From assembly GCA_050273025.1 (NCBI GenBank), contig CP158635.1:1116001-1180000 (forward strand): a stretch of 64,000 bases of DNA. The letters are read 5' to 3'. Below the pieces are notes generated by a model. The model was not told the DNA's origin and made no database searches. It saw only the letters and a list, made by a program, of their open reading frames with translations. Position numbers and translations under genes: made by a program. This DNA is from Cenococcum geophilum. Taxonomy: Eukaryota. The number at the start of each line of letters is the position of its first letter. Position 1 is the first letter of the stretch. Positions 25,994-38,399 of this stretch are shown one piece after another.

Positions 25994-28900
25994 TGTTGGA
26001 ATTATAAGGTCATAAGGTCACAGCGGAGGTGTCTTGAGGGTCTAATTGATGATAGAGATGACGCAGACGATGAATTTTGATTGATTCGTGATGCAGTAGA
26101 TGCGGTTGATGTCTATCTAGATTGTATGCAGAGCTTGACCTCGCAAGGTGTCTAGAGCTTAGTCAGCACCTTATCGCTAATTTCTGACACTCCCCCATGC
26201 TGATGACGCTCTCCTCGTCTGTCCCAAATAGGCAATAATGAAGCTATTCCCAAATACCTTGCAAGTGCCATTCGGCCTACGTATAGAGGGAAAACCTAGT
26301 AGGCGAAAAACCTCTGTTACCTGCTCCGTTAGTTACTGATTCCTAGCGTTACATAGTGCTTCGTAAATTGGTCGATTGGTAGCTGCTTTATAAGCATGTC
26401 TCCTAGCTAATCTTTGCCTGGTATATATACTACTTTAAGTTAATCTTACTAAACCATGTCGTTTCGTATGAAGAGGTATTAAATCTTGATATACTTGGCT
26501 TTCTGGTAGTGTCTCGTGTCGTATAAAAGGTCAACTATACCCTTATTATTACAGTAGAGCGTAGGGACAAAAGGGTCGTCGTTGTCTCTCTCCCCTAGAT
26601 CTCTCGTCAGCTTCTTAAGCTATACTATTAACCTTGCTCCTTCTAATGCTGCCATAATCTCTACTTCTATTAAGCTTAATGCCGTCAACCTTTGTCTTTA
26701 AGCCATCTAGATTACCGCTCCCCTATAGCGCATAACTGCTATACCTTAGAATAATATCCGATCGTGTTCTGTTCCCTATGTAGCGTCGATAAAGATACTA
26801 TAGCTAGCAGGCAGGTTGGTTAACGTAAGCTTATATAGAGGTAGGTAAATCTCTTAATTTAAGTAGGTAATTCCTGTTTTAAGAGTGCCGTTTAGATATT
26901 GTAGTAGTTGCTTGCTTAAGCGGTAGTGCGATTCTTTTAGTGCTGCTATGAACCTAGCTAGCTAACTAATAGTATAGCTAGTATTAGGACGCGTGTAGTT
27001 TAAGAGGTAGATTATAGAGCTAATAATCTGTTAGTATACCGTTGCATTGTTATACTTAAGGGGACTTTTAATATTAGGTTTTAGAACAGTACCAGCTAGT
27101 ATTAGTAGCTTAGCTGGATTACAGTTATCTATTTTCAACCGTTTAAGTAGCTTCTTAGTGTATATTGTCTAATATAGCTTAAGGGTTTAGTTTGTACGGT
27201 CTTAATAGATTTAGAAGCCTATAAATACTTCTATAGGACCTAGGTCTTTGTATCTCTATTCTTTTAAAATTCTTACCTTTATAATATTAAGGTGTTTACG
27301 CTTTCCTGCGATTAGTATATTGTTAACGAATAATAAGATATACACTTTATTTCCTATAAAGAGATTAGGGTCAGCGTTAGCTAATATTAAACCTATACTC
27401 TTAAAGAACTTCTTAACCATATAAAACCATTCTCTTAGTGCCTGCTTTAGGCCGTAAAGTGACTTATTTAGCTTTAAGTAAGCGTCTTTTACCTCCTTAA
27501 GGTTAGGCTTAAAGTCTCTTAATAGGTTAGGAATCTATATATAAACCTACTCTTACAACGGCGGGTTTAAGAACGCTGTTTTGACGTCAACGTGGTTAAG
27601 TTTAAGGTCTTTAGCTGCTACCTTTACTATTAGGAACCTAAAGGTGTTATATTATATAACAGACGTAAATGTCTTAAAATAATCGATGTTAGGGGTCTGC
27701 TTGTCTCCCTAAATACATAGTCTTGCCTTTTTATAAATTACTTCTCCCTTAGTATTATACTTGTGCTTTAGTACTAGCTTGCTTAAGAGTAACGACCTTC
27801 CTTCTAGTACTTTCCCCCTTATAATAGTATAGGTGTGCATTCTCTTTAGGGAGAGAAATTCTTTAAAGATAGCTTTTATCTAGCTAGGAGCGTCCTCCCT
27901 TAAGGCCTAATCTAACTTAATAGCGTTAAAAGGTGCTATAGGTGCTCCTATAGAGGTAGTGTTCTTAGCTTCTAGGTAGACAGCTTTTATAACTATTACT
28001 AACTAAACCACCATATTATTAAAAACTCTTATATTTGGTAACCTTCTAGACCTTATTCTCTGCGTATAAGGAATGTGTATTAATATACTTTATACGGGCG
28101 TCCCACCCTTTATATTACCTTAATTTAAGCGTCCCACTTAATCTTAACCTAGGCTTCCCACTTAATTTAAGCGGCCCACTCGGTCTTGACCTAGGCTTCC
28201 CACTTAGCTTAAGCGGCCCACTCGGTCACTATCTAGCCTACTTTTAATTCTCGCAACTAGAGTCTTTATCGGCGCGTTTAAGGTAGTAGGGGGAGGTCTA
28301 GGTTAGTTTAGAGCTTAGCTTATAGCTTGTACCTAAGGTGCTCTATAAGGGAACCTGTATTTATTTACTTTAGCATTTCTAAAGAGCTTAATTGCTTGCG
28401 TATATAGGTTTATTATTTTAAATTAACTACTGCCTTTTAACCCTATGAAAATGTAGTTAGGTCTTATTCTTAAATTATACTTCCTAGGGTGTTTCTTAAG
28501 CATATTAATTGGGTTAGCATAGCACCTAAAGATGACTAGATTTTTAAGGTTAGGGACTTAATAGGTGTATGCCTCGTAGGGTGTAATAGTACTACTATAC
28601 TCGTTATTAAATGGGAGAGCTAAGGTCGGTACTTAATTCTTAATCTAGATAGTATGTTTAACTGCGTAGCACTAGAGTTTAACTAGTATATTTCCTTAAA
28701 ATAGAAGTGACCTTGTCTTACAGTTAACTATATAGATTGCGCGCTTGATCGCGCTATTGTATAAGTGCTTATATAGCGAACAAGGCTTAAAATTAATGCC
28801 TTAGGGTATTAATTTGTCTTAAAATCTATAGCCGAATTCCCCCTTTCTATTGTCTACTCGAATCTAGATAGCTCTATTACTAGTAAATCTCTTTACTCTT

Positions 28901-30911
28901 GCAATAATCTCTTTAATATACAGCAGTACTTCTTTAGTTTAGAGGGTTTTAAGAGGAATGACCTAGGTATAGCGTGTGGCGTTATCTAGGGCTAGGAGGT
29001 AGTAGTTATAACCTCTAATTAATATACCGATTCGTCCCGTAGTATTAAGGTGTAGCCCTTAACTAGGTACCTTCTCGCGCCTAGTTATCTTCTTGCTTAG
29101 TATTTCTCGTATCTTCCCTACTAGGCAAGCTTCGCATGTGCTCTTACCAATTAGTACTACTCTTTTCTTAAGCCTTATGCCTAGTAAGGAATGCTATAGC
29201 TTAAATAGGTTGCTGTAATTTGTATATTTAGTTCAGCGGTGCTATAGCTTAGCATCTGTTTTACTAACGTTTAGTTATAAATTGTGTGCTTTTACTATCG
29301 CATTAAATACTTTCTAATGCTCTTGTAGTATATAGAGGTTATTTCTTATAATAGCCTTAAATATTACACCTAATCTATGCTTGCTAGTAGCTTAATTGTC
29401 CGTATTAAAAGTAATTAAGTAGCCTTTCTAAGTGAGAGTCCTTACTAAGATTAGCTTGATTGTCTTAAACGAAGGTATAAGCTAGACGTCTTTTAGCTTT
29501 AGGGTACCGATTTAAACTTGACCGTAGCCTATAGCAGGTATAATAGTCCTATTTGCAGTGCGGACCTATTATGGCATATTCTATCTCTTTAAGTATATTA
29601 GGTCTGATTGGTTACTAGTAAAGTGCTTAGTTGCTCCTAAGTCAAGAGCCTAAGCTAAAGACGTCGTTATAAGTATAGCACGTTTAGGGTTAGGGTTAAG
29701 GTAGATTAAATTGCTGTTAAATTCTTCCTTAGCTATTGCTATATTCCCTACTTCCTCTGCCTTAGGAGTACCTTAATCTATCTTCTTAGCGTTATTAAGT
29801 CGGAATTGTCTAAGTAGAGGACAGTCCTTCTAGTAGTGACCTTTCTAATAATATATTCTACACTCGTCTCTTTTTAGTCGTCTTGGCTCTTTACTTACTT
29901 AAGATGACGAGCTATGGCGATTACGTAAGGAATGGTTGAATCTACTAGTATGACCTTTGCCCCTTGTTCGACCTTGACCTCGGTTTCCCCTTTTCCCCCT
30001 AGGTTCGTCTTTCCTCTTATGTGTGAGTGTAGTAGTTTATATAGGGAGAGCAGTCTCTTGCTTCTAAAGAAGGGTAATGCAGCTCTTAAGGTCTCGTTTA
30101 TCTCGTAGGCACTAGGTCTTTATATTCTGCTATATAACATTGCTTAGTAGGGCTAGAAGGAGTTATTCTTTAATATTGTCGTTAGTTAGTACTTGAGATG
30201 TTAAGGCTAGATTAATCTTAAATTAATTTAGTATAGTTAGGAACTTGACGATTTATATCTTTATAGGGTTAAATATAGTGCTATAGAACTCTCTATAAAG
30301 TCTAGAGATATAGACCTTGTTATTAACCTTATTAAACTTCTTTATTTCTTCCCACATTCCTTAAATATTATACGCCTTTATTATTATACGCATCTCTTCC
30401 TAACGGTTGTCTCTTATCGAATTATAGATGATCTTATTTGCTTCCCCTTATCTTCTTCTCCTATCGGCTGAATTAATTTAAGCTGGGTCTTCTGTACTAG
30501 TGACGAAATCCCATTCTTCTGCTATGATTAGGGCTGCCTTATAGGTGCGCTCCTAGTCTGCAAAGTTGTCTCTATTGAAAATGATAATTTTGCCTGCCTT
30601 GTGATCGTACGTAGGTGTCGTTGAGGTTGAGGTAGAAGAGGTCATTTTTGGGGGTCGATTTTTGAGTTAGGAGGTGTTGCTACCCGGGAGAGATTTGCTA
30701 CCCGGGCTTATAACCTGTTGGAATTATAAGGTTATAAGGTTATAGCGGAGGTGTCTTGAGGGTTTAATTGATGATAGAGATAACGCAGACGATGAATTTT
30801 GATTGATTCGTGATGTAGTAGATGCGGTTAATGTCTATCTAGATTGCATGTAGAGCTTGACCTCGCAAGGTGTCCAGAGCTTAGTTAGCACCTCATCACT
30901 AATTTCTGACA
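25994..30911 (-). mobile_element. Ty1/Copia element, family 2, full length, RIP'd
   Basis: 196-bp LTRs at 25994-26189 and 30716-30911; TSD ATGTA. PBS GGTTAT(A/G)AGCCC (half-tRNAiMet type) and PPT GGGGGAG. Gag ATG at ~30645; knuckle CRICHQKGHYQKDC; PR WALDSGATEH; RT KSLYGLKQA and FVDD. Confidence 0.95.
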
Positions 30912-32361
30912 ATGTAGCTGCTATCACGGTGTTGCTGTCCGTGCGGCCTTGGCGTTGGACCCTAGCGGTCAAAGGGATAAATATACTACTTCTACCTACA
31001 AGATAACTGGGAAAAGTGGCTACCTTTAGCTAAGTTTACTATAAATAATATAAGAATTAAATTAATAGGCGTAACACTGTTCTATATAACCTACGGATAA
31101 AACCCTTAACTTAGATTTAAATTATAATTTAAAATTAATACAACAGGACCTATAATTAAGAGGATTTAACTAATTAACGTGTATAACTTTGCTAATTAAA
31201 TAAAGTAGTTAACGGAACTATTATAAAGTAAATTAGCGTATACTTAAACAGTATAGAAATAGTATATAAATAAAGGATAAGCTTCTGTATAGGACTTTAA
31301 GGAAGGTAATATAGTTTACCTAAATATACAAAACCTAAAGACTTAACGACCCTTAAAGAAACTAGACTGGAAGTTTGCAGGCCTATACTAAATTAAGAAG
31401 AAACTAAGCCTATACACTTATAAGCTTAAACTGCTAACTAAGATAAAAATACATCTAATGCTTTACGTAAACTTACTATAACCTTTAAAAGGTAAACCTT
31501 TAACTTACGAAGTGCCGCTACTGCCTCCTATAATTGTTAATAATAGTAATAGTTTTTACTTTATTAACTTAATTAATAATATATAATAGAAAACACGATC
31601 TAAATAATTTAAACTTCTTATTAAGTAGGAAGGATATAAAATATAAACCTAGGAAACCTATAACCAGATTAAGGCCAATATGCCTTAGTAAAAGAATTCT
31701 ATAAGGACTATCCTTTGCGGCCTACTTTAGCTAGATAAATATAATATAAAGGTAAATAACTGCTACCTAATATAAATATATAAAATATAATAGCAGGAAG
31801 CTTAAAATTAAAAAGAACTTAAAATATATTATGACGTTTATAATACAATTATATAACATATAAGATATTAAAGAACTTTAACCAGCAGTTAAAGTTGTCT
31901 AATTAGTTAGATTTGCCTTACTAAGACCCTATAAAGATATTAGTTTAGCTTACTACCTTAACTAAGCTAATAGCAATTTTCTATATTAGCCATAGAAAAT
32001 CCTAATTAGCCTATTTAATAATTAGAACCGGTAAAACCTTATACCGCTACCTAATGCGAAAATATAACACGCGATAAGTTATAAGTCTTAACCAAAATTA
32101 AATTATTTAGACTTTTAGCTAAAAGGGGGGGTACCATAACGGGACTAGCCTAGTTATAGTAGGAATGTCTTAGTAAAACACTTAATAGATAAATTCCGAC
32201 GCTTTAACCAAATTTTACTAAATTCTGCTAGCTTAATCGACTTCTACTAAATTTTATTAGATTAATTGAATTTTACTAAAGTCCGTTAAAGACCGCGTGC
32301 GTATATGCGCACGTATTAACCACCAAGCCCCTAACTATTTAATTATATAATTCTCTTAGAA

Positions 32362-35300
32362 TCTAATATAATAATAATAATAATAATAATTCATTGCTTA
32401 ACGTCCGATTTAGATCCCTATTAGGCCCACGCGGACTACTCCTTATTTATATATAGGGAGAAAACTCTATTTAAGAAAAATGAGAAAACCCTATAATCCA
32501 TCTCCCCGCCTTTTGGGACTCGCCTACTTAGCGCCTATAAGTCGCCTATAGTGCTCTACTACCTTACTATTTAACCTCCTTAGGAACTACTGCTGCCGTA
32601 ATAAGCCTACGGACGCGCTAGTATTATAAACTATTACTCTACTACTATAGAGTTACTAGGGGGCACCTACTGCTCGCCCCCTTGCCTTCTATTACTATTT
32701 CCCTTGCAACCCGGAACTAATTTAGCACATTTTAACTAATAAGCCACTGGGTAACCGCCTTAAGGCCTTTTTATATTGAGAGTAGTGTATTATAGTTCTC
32801 TATGCCAGCTACTAAGAGCATTATTTCTTAATTAGTGCGTAGGGGGCATAGCAGTATTACGTGTTTTGGTGTCTGTCTTAGCTAGCTATATTTATATCTC
32901 GGGCTACTTACTAGGATACCTACCTAGTAAAGCTAATCTTTTAGTCCTATTATTCCTGTTCTTAAGAGTATTGCTATTATATTTTCTGCCTTTATTAGGC
33001 CTTCTTGGAGCCCTTAGGTATTTACCCCCTATGGCGTTAACTATGCTATAGCTTAGGTTTGTCTTACCTAAGTTAGCCTCTGTACCTTCGACTCCTATTT
33101 ACCTTTTTAGCGTTGGTCTAACTAGTATTATATTACGGTAGATAGTTTCCTAGCATTCTTGCGTGTTTTACTTTAGCTCCTTTCTCTGTCTTGCTATTAT
33201 CTTTGCTAACCTCTTATATGTCTTCCTTCCTTCTCTATATAGGCCTGGGCCCTAAAGCGGCACTATTCTTCTTCTGCTTTCTTTACCTGTTTCTCTAATA
33301 TCTCTTCCCTATTTTAGAGTTGTTGGTTTATTCTCCTATAGGGCACCCTAGGGTCCCTCCATAGTTTACTTAGGCGTGTCTTAATGTACTTTATAATATT
33401 AGAGTTATGTTTATTTTACGTCCTTTATATTGCAGCGGCTTTAATATGTAACTATAGGGGGGGAATATTAGATTCCTTTTTAAGCAGTGCTGTGGCCGTT
33501 TGCTTGTACCCGCCTATAATACTTTAAAGGCAGGTAGTTTGGACCTTTTAAAGTAGTTTAAGGAGTAATTTAGGGGGGCCCTTTTTAGTTTCTCTAATGG
33601 CCCAAATACTGGATCTATATATTATGGTTGGCCGGACAACTGCTATATATAGTAGGCGTGACCTCTAGAAGCATAGACCCTATATAGAGTTAACAATCCT
33701 AGATAAAGCGATAAACTATACTTAGCCTTTATGGGCCGCTTACGCCGTATATACGCTCCACCGGAGCTTGCTGTCTACCTATACTTTTAATACCCTTAGG
33801 CCCTAAACTGGTTAACCCCTAAAGCCTTAAATGCGAATTATATGCTAAAGATCTGTAGATTGGTTACGTTTTCTTATAAAATGGATTAGCTAGTATTTCT
33901 CTAGTAAGAATTGGACTCTATAACGTTTTGCCTATTCTATATAAGTATTATAAGCTTTCTCTAGTGTTCTGTAATTCTTTGCGGCTGTTGGCCCGTATAT
34001 AATTAGGTTTATATTGTTAACAAAGCCTATCCCCTAGGTCGCCCCTTTCTTAAAGGAGTTAAGTAGGTTGCTTATAAAGAAAAGGAAGAGTATAGGCGAG
34101 AGGGGTGATCTTTATAGTATTTCTATTATAACTGCGATAGGGGGGCTTTAGTATCCGCTAAAGACTAGTAAAGTTTCTTTCTGGCCTATAAACCCTTAGA
34201 CAAATTATATAATCCATTTTAGGAAGCCCTTTGCCCTAAGGATATATAGGAGACGCTCGTAGGGTATATTGTTGTAGGCACCACTAATGTCTAGGCTAAG
34301 CATTAATACTATAAAGTCCTTTCGTATCGCCTATGTAGATTTAATAGTAGCAGCAAGTAGCGTAAGTGCTAATAGTATTAAGCGGTTCTTTCTTGCCCCT
34401 ATTTGGCTTTGTGGTAATAGGGCGTGTTCCTTTACTATATCTGCTATGCGTTTCGCTATTACCCTTTCTAAGATCTTGCTAAGGGTGTTTTTTAAGGCAA
34501 TAGGGCGGTAGCTTCCTGGGATTAAGTAATCTACTTTACCTTCTTTTTGTAGGACAACTGTTGTTATAGATCTTCCGAGTTACGGGTAGTAGCCTATAGT
34601 AAAGTATACTCTAGCTATATCTGCAAGCTAAGGTGCTATAAGTGGCCTATAGGTTTTTAGGGCCTTATTTAGAATCCTATCTAGTTCTAGTACTATATTG
34701 TTTAAAAGGCGGCTAATAGTTCTAGCTATTTCCTCTATTGTTATATTGCTGTCGACCCGTAGGCAAGTCACTGGTGTTTTGCCTGTAATATTACTGAGGT
34801 CTACTAGAGCTGGTTAGGGGAAGAACCTTTCTATAAGGATCTTTGCCTTCTTATTGTTGTTATTTATGGCCTATAATTCTCCTGCTCTTCGTAGGGGTGG
34901 TAGGTGTAGGTCTTCTGCTAGGCGCCCTGCCTTTTTTTTTTACCTATTTTACTATAGCCTAAAGGCCCTTATTATAGGGGAGGCTCGAGTTAGAAGTATG
35001 CTTATTTATAAACCGTCTCTAGTTATTCCTTACTTCTTTTTTTAGGGTATTCTTTAACTAGTTTCTTATGTCTTTATATTATCTCTTATCTTTAGGGTTG
35101 TAGCTACTTATATATTTCCTTTTTACTTATTATTAGCTGGTAACTAGAACTGCGTATTATATAGACTATATATGTCGCGTATAGGGGCCCGGTTTTAAGA
35201 TTGGGCAGTGCTCTTTTAGCCTATTTTTAATTACTGCCTAGATCCTTTCTAGTCTTCGGTTGATTTTCTTAGGAGTGGCTAATAAGCCTTGCTTATTTGG

Positions 35301-38160
35301 TATTGGGTAGATTTCTTCTAGGTTTTAGAGTTGTTATTTAACTATATTAAGGAAACTGTCTATCTTAAGCTTCCTTATTACGTATCTTTTTCTATTTAGT
35401 TGCGCTTTAGTATCTAGGTCTAGCTATATCTGGATAGGGATATAGTCTAGGGTAAGTGCCTATTCTTCTTCGGGGTTATACCTTTTAAGTCTTTAGTATA
35501 GGCCTTCGTTTATAAATGTAAGGTTAATTATACTTCTGGTAGTGCCTCGTTGCTATATAATTACTTCTAGGGGGGTGGCTAGCTTAAGGCCCCAGATATC
35601 TATAGCTCTTAGTAGGTACTCTGACTATTAATCTGCAGCAATATAGATACCCCTCTACCGTGGGTAGTAGAGGTTTATATCTTCTAATAGGATAGACTCT
35701 ATACCTTTGGTTTCTAGTAAGCTTATTACTAATATAATATTCTCTGTTTATAGGACCCCTTTAACCCTAGGGTTATATATATTAATAATTTGTACCAGTC
35801 CCCTATATATTTAGATTATTATAACTATAATATCTAGGTTAACTGCCTGCCATAACTATAAGGATAGGCTAATAGCCTTGCTAATCATAAAGCATACATA
35901 TATAGCTGCTTTTGGTTCGTATAGGAGCTGGAATCCTTAGGGGCAGTATATTAATTATATAAAGGTATTGTAATATAGTTCTTATATAGTAAGGATATAG
36001 TATTTCTCTAGGTCTAGACTATCTAGTAGGGGCCTTGCAAGGTGGTGGTTTATATTGCCGTAGTTATACTATATAATGGATAGGTAGCGGACCCCCGGCA
36101 AAGGTCCTTTAACTCTCCTTTATTCCTTACTTCTTTTATTTCTACTTTCTCTAGGATATTTAGAGCTTCTATCTCTTATATCTACACCCTAGTTACTACT
36201 TATTTTATATAAAGCTTTCCATTCCCATATTTTATATTTCTATTAGCGCTTCTATATCTAAATCTATTATTATTACCGGTTCTTCCCCTATTCTTACTGG
36301 TCGGCTATATACCCTTTATAGGTCGGCTGCGAATGTTATATTTGCCGCATTAAGTCTAATTCTTAATTATCCTGGTCTTAAGCCTACTATTACTGTCTAT
36401 AGGGGTCTTCCTACGGGGCGTCCTCTTCCTTATATCCCCTATAACCCTTATATCCCTAATTAGTCTAGTGATATCGCACGGCGTCGCTTCTAGCCCGTTA
36501 AGGCTTAGGTAGGTAGTTATATATTAGCTAGTAATATAGTAGAGTTTAATATACCTATTTATTTAGGCCTCTACCCCAGTTTTCTAGTGCTTTGGTCCTA
36601 AACTATAAGCAATTAGCTGCCACTACTAATTGCGGGGAATTTTACCAGTTCTTTTAGATATCTTATAACGGTATTACCCAAGTACCAGTCTACCCCCCAG
36701 TAGTTTGTATAAGAGTTTCCTCCTAAAGTTAGTACGCTTTTATACGGCTTAGGAGCCTTCTATAGCCTCTAGTTTTACGCCTTCTTTATTATTTCCGCCG
36801 GTATAGGTATAAGCTGCTGTTTCTAGGGGTTGTAACTCCTATCTTCGCGCCTACTAACGTAATCCTACGGAGGCGTCGTAGCTGCATCCTGTAATATAGT
36901 TAGGTATACCTTCTACGGACGAGGCTAAGCCACTGCCTCTCCCACCTAAGTAACTCCTATTTGCTTCTTAAGTATATCTTACTAGTAAGCCGCCCTAAAG
37001 GCGAACGGTTCCGTCTATTAATATACTAATACGCGTATCCGTTCTCTTAAGCTATATAATAGTCTCTCCGGCTAGGGTATAATCCTACCTACCTACTAGG
37101 TGTACTAAAGGTTAGAGCCTAGTTAAGGAATAAGGTCCTTAGAGCTAGTAGTAGCTACTACGTACTACGCCCTATAGGAAGCTAGTAGTAATATAGGGGC
37201 GTAATACCCTATATACTACTAGTTCCCGTTTCGCGTTACCTATAAGAGTTTCCTTATAATAGGCCGACTATATCTTATAGGAGGGGGGCTATAGAGACCA
37301 GGTCCCGCACCAGGCGACCTACTTTCCCCCCTCCTACTAACTAAGCTTATATCCCCCCTTTTTATAAGCTGGCCTATATCTCTAACTATTAAGTCCTTAT
37401 CTAACTGGCCTATATTTCCCCTATAGCCTCCCCCATATATATACATTAGGTTACGTATACCACGCCTATTAAGACCCTCCTATAAGTCGCCTTATGCATA
37501 TACACATTAGGTTACGTACATTACACCTATTAAAACCCTCCTATAAGTCGCCTATAAGTCAACCGTGAGTTAACTATAAGTCGACTATAAGTTAAACGCT
37601 ATAGGGCCATTAAAGCTAGCCTGTGTTTCCGCTGCCTAGAGCTTTACCTATATTTCCACCTCGTTAAGCCATCTGGTCGCCGTCCGGTCGCCGTCGCGTT
37701 GCCATTACGTCGCTAGCGCGTCGCCATCATCTAGGTCGCGCGTACTACGCCTATTAAGACCCTCTTCTAAGTCACTTAGGTATACTAGATACTAAATAGG
37801 CCCTTATAAAGGGGCCTTAATAAGTTCTTTAGGTAGGGCCTTAATAAGTTCTTTATGGTGGCCTTGGGGCCTTAATAAGTTTTATATAAAGTATTTATAA
37901 CGTATTAACCTTAACAAGTTCTTATAAAAAGAGGTTCCCTATACCCTCGCCGTATCCTCTTGGTCTTAGAGCTAGTGTAAGCCTAAGGGTGTCCTATCGT
38001 ACGCCTAGGGCGCGTTTATGTTAACTAGCTAAATAAGGCTAGTTTCGGGCCTGGCTGTAAGCCAGGTAGTTATACGTCGGGCGGTTTTTATATCCTAGTT
38101 TCCCTTAATAGCCCCCCTAGATGGTATAGCAGGAGCCCTAAGCGGGGGCAGTAGGACTCC
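32362..38160 (-). mobile_element. Tad1-like LINE (ORF1 gag with zinc knuckles; ORF2 APE-RT-CCHC), RIP'd
   Basis: (TAA)n tail at ~32364-32390. RT motifs SGAYDNV at ~34275, QGSPLSPILF at ~34100 and GFVDD at ~34020. APE at 35300-36090; C-terminal CxC...H...C at ~32850. The 5' limit is approximate. Confidence 0.88.
37241..37926. repeat. Repeat-rich insertion in LINE ORF1 (possible RIP'd solo LTR)
   Basis: TATAAGA...TCTTATA termini (RIP'd TG...CA?). Contains a ~60-bp duplication at 37441-37560 and GGGCCTTAATAAGTT x3 at 37812-37880. No TSD found. Confidence 0.45.
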
Positions 38161-38399
38161 TAGTGTTATTAAGGGCGATATACGCGTCGCAGGCTCAACA
38201 CCACAGAGTCGCAACACCAGCGCGCTGCGCGCGCTGCGACGGCTCTCCTCTATTACCTCTGCACTTAGCCATCATAAGGAATGATTTCCCGATAATGTTT
38301 CCACCCGCGGTAACGTGGACGCGTGTAGTAGGGCTTTGCGGGCAAGAATCTAATATAAAGGGGCAGGCTTATTTTAAAAGGAATACTCTTCTTTAAAGG

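Larger units (their letters stand above)
23814..30976 (-). mobile_element. piggyBac-like DNA transposon (~2.2 kb without nested Copia-2)
   Basis: Ends CCCTTCGACCGCT / AGCGGTCAAAGGG with internal inverted repeat GGGTCCAACG. Encodes a DDD transposase. Flanked by AT, not TTAA. Confidence 0.9.
12594..32358 (+). mobile_element. Ty3/Gypsy chromovirus B, interrupted by Copia-1a and the piggyBac-like element; 3' LTR cut by the LINE
   Basis: 5' LTR 12594-~12943 matches 32135-32358. Gag knuckle CFRCGKKGHIQRNC at ~13970; PR ILIDSGAT at ~14275; RT AYIDDI split at 15462/22143; IN split at 23813/30977; chromodomain LLIKWEGY at ~31620; PPT AAAAGGGGGGG at 32121. Confidence 0.93.

Noticed and set aside
29685..29700. 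TTAGGGTTAGGG as an interstitial telomere
   Set aside because: Only two units, inside Copia-2 coding sequence.
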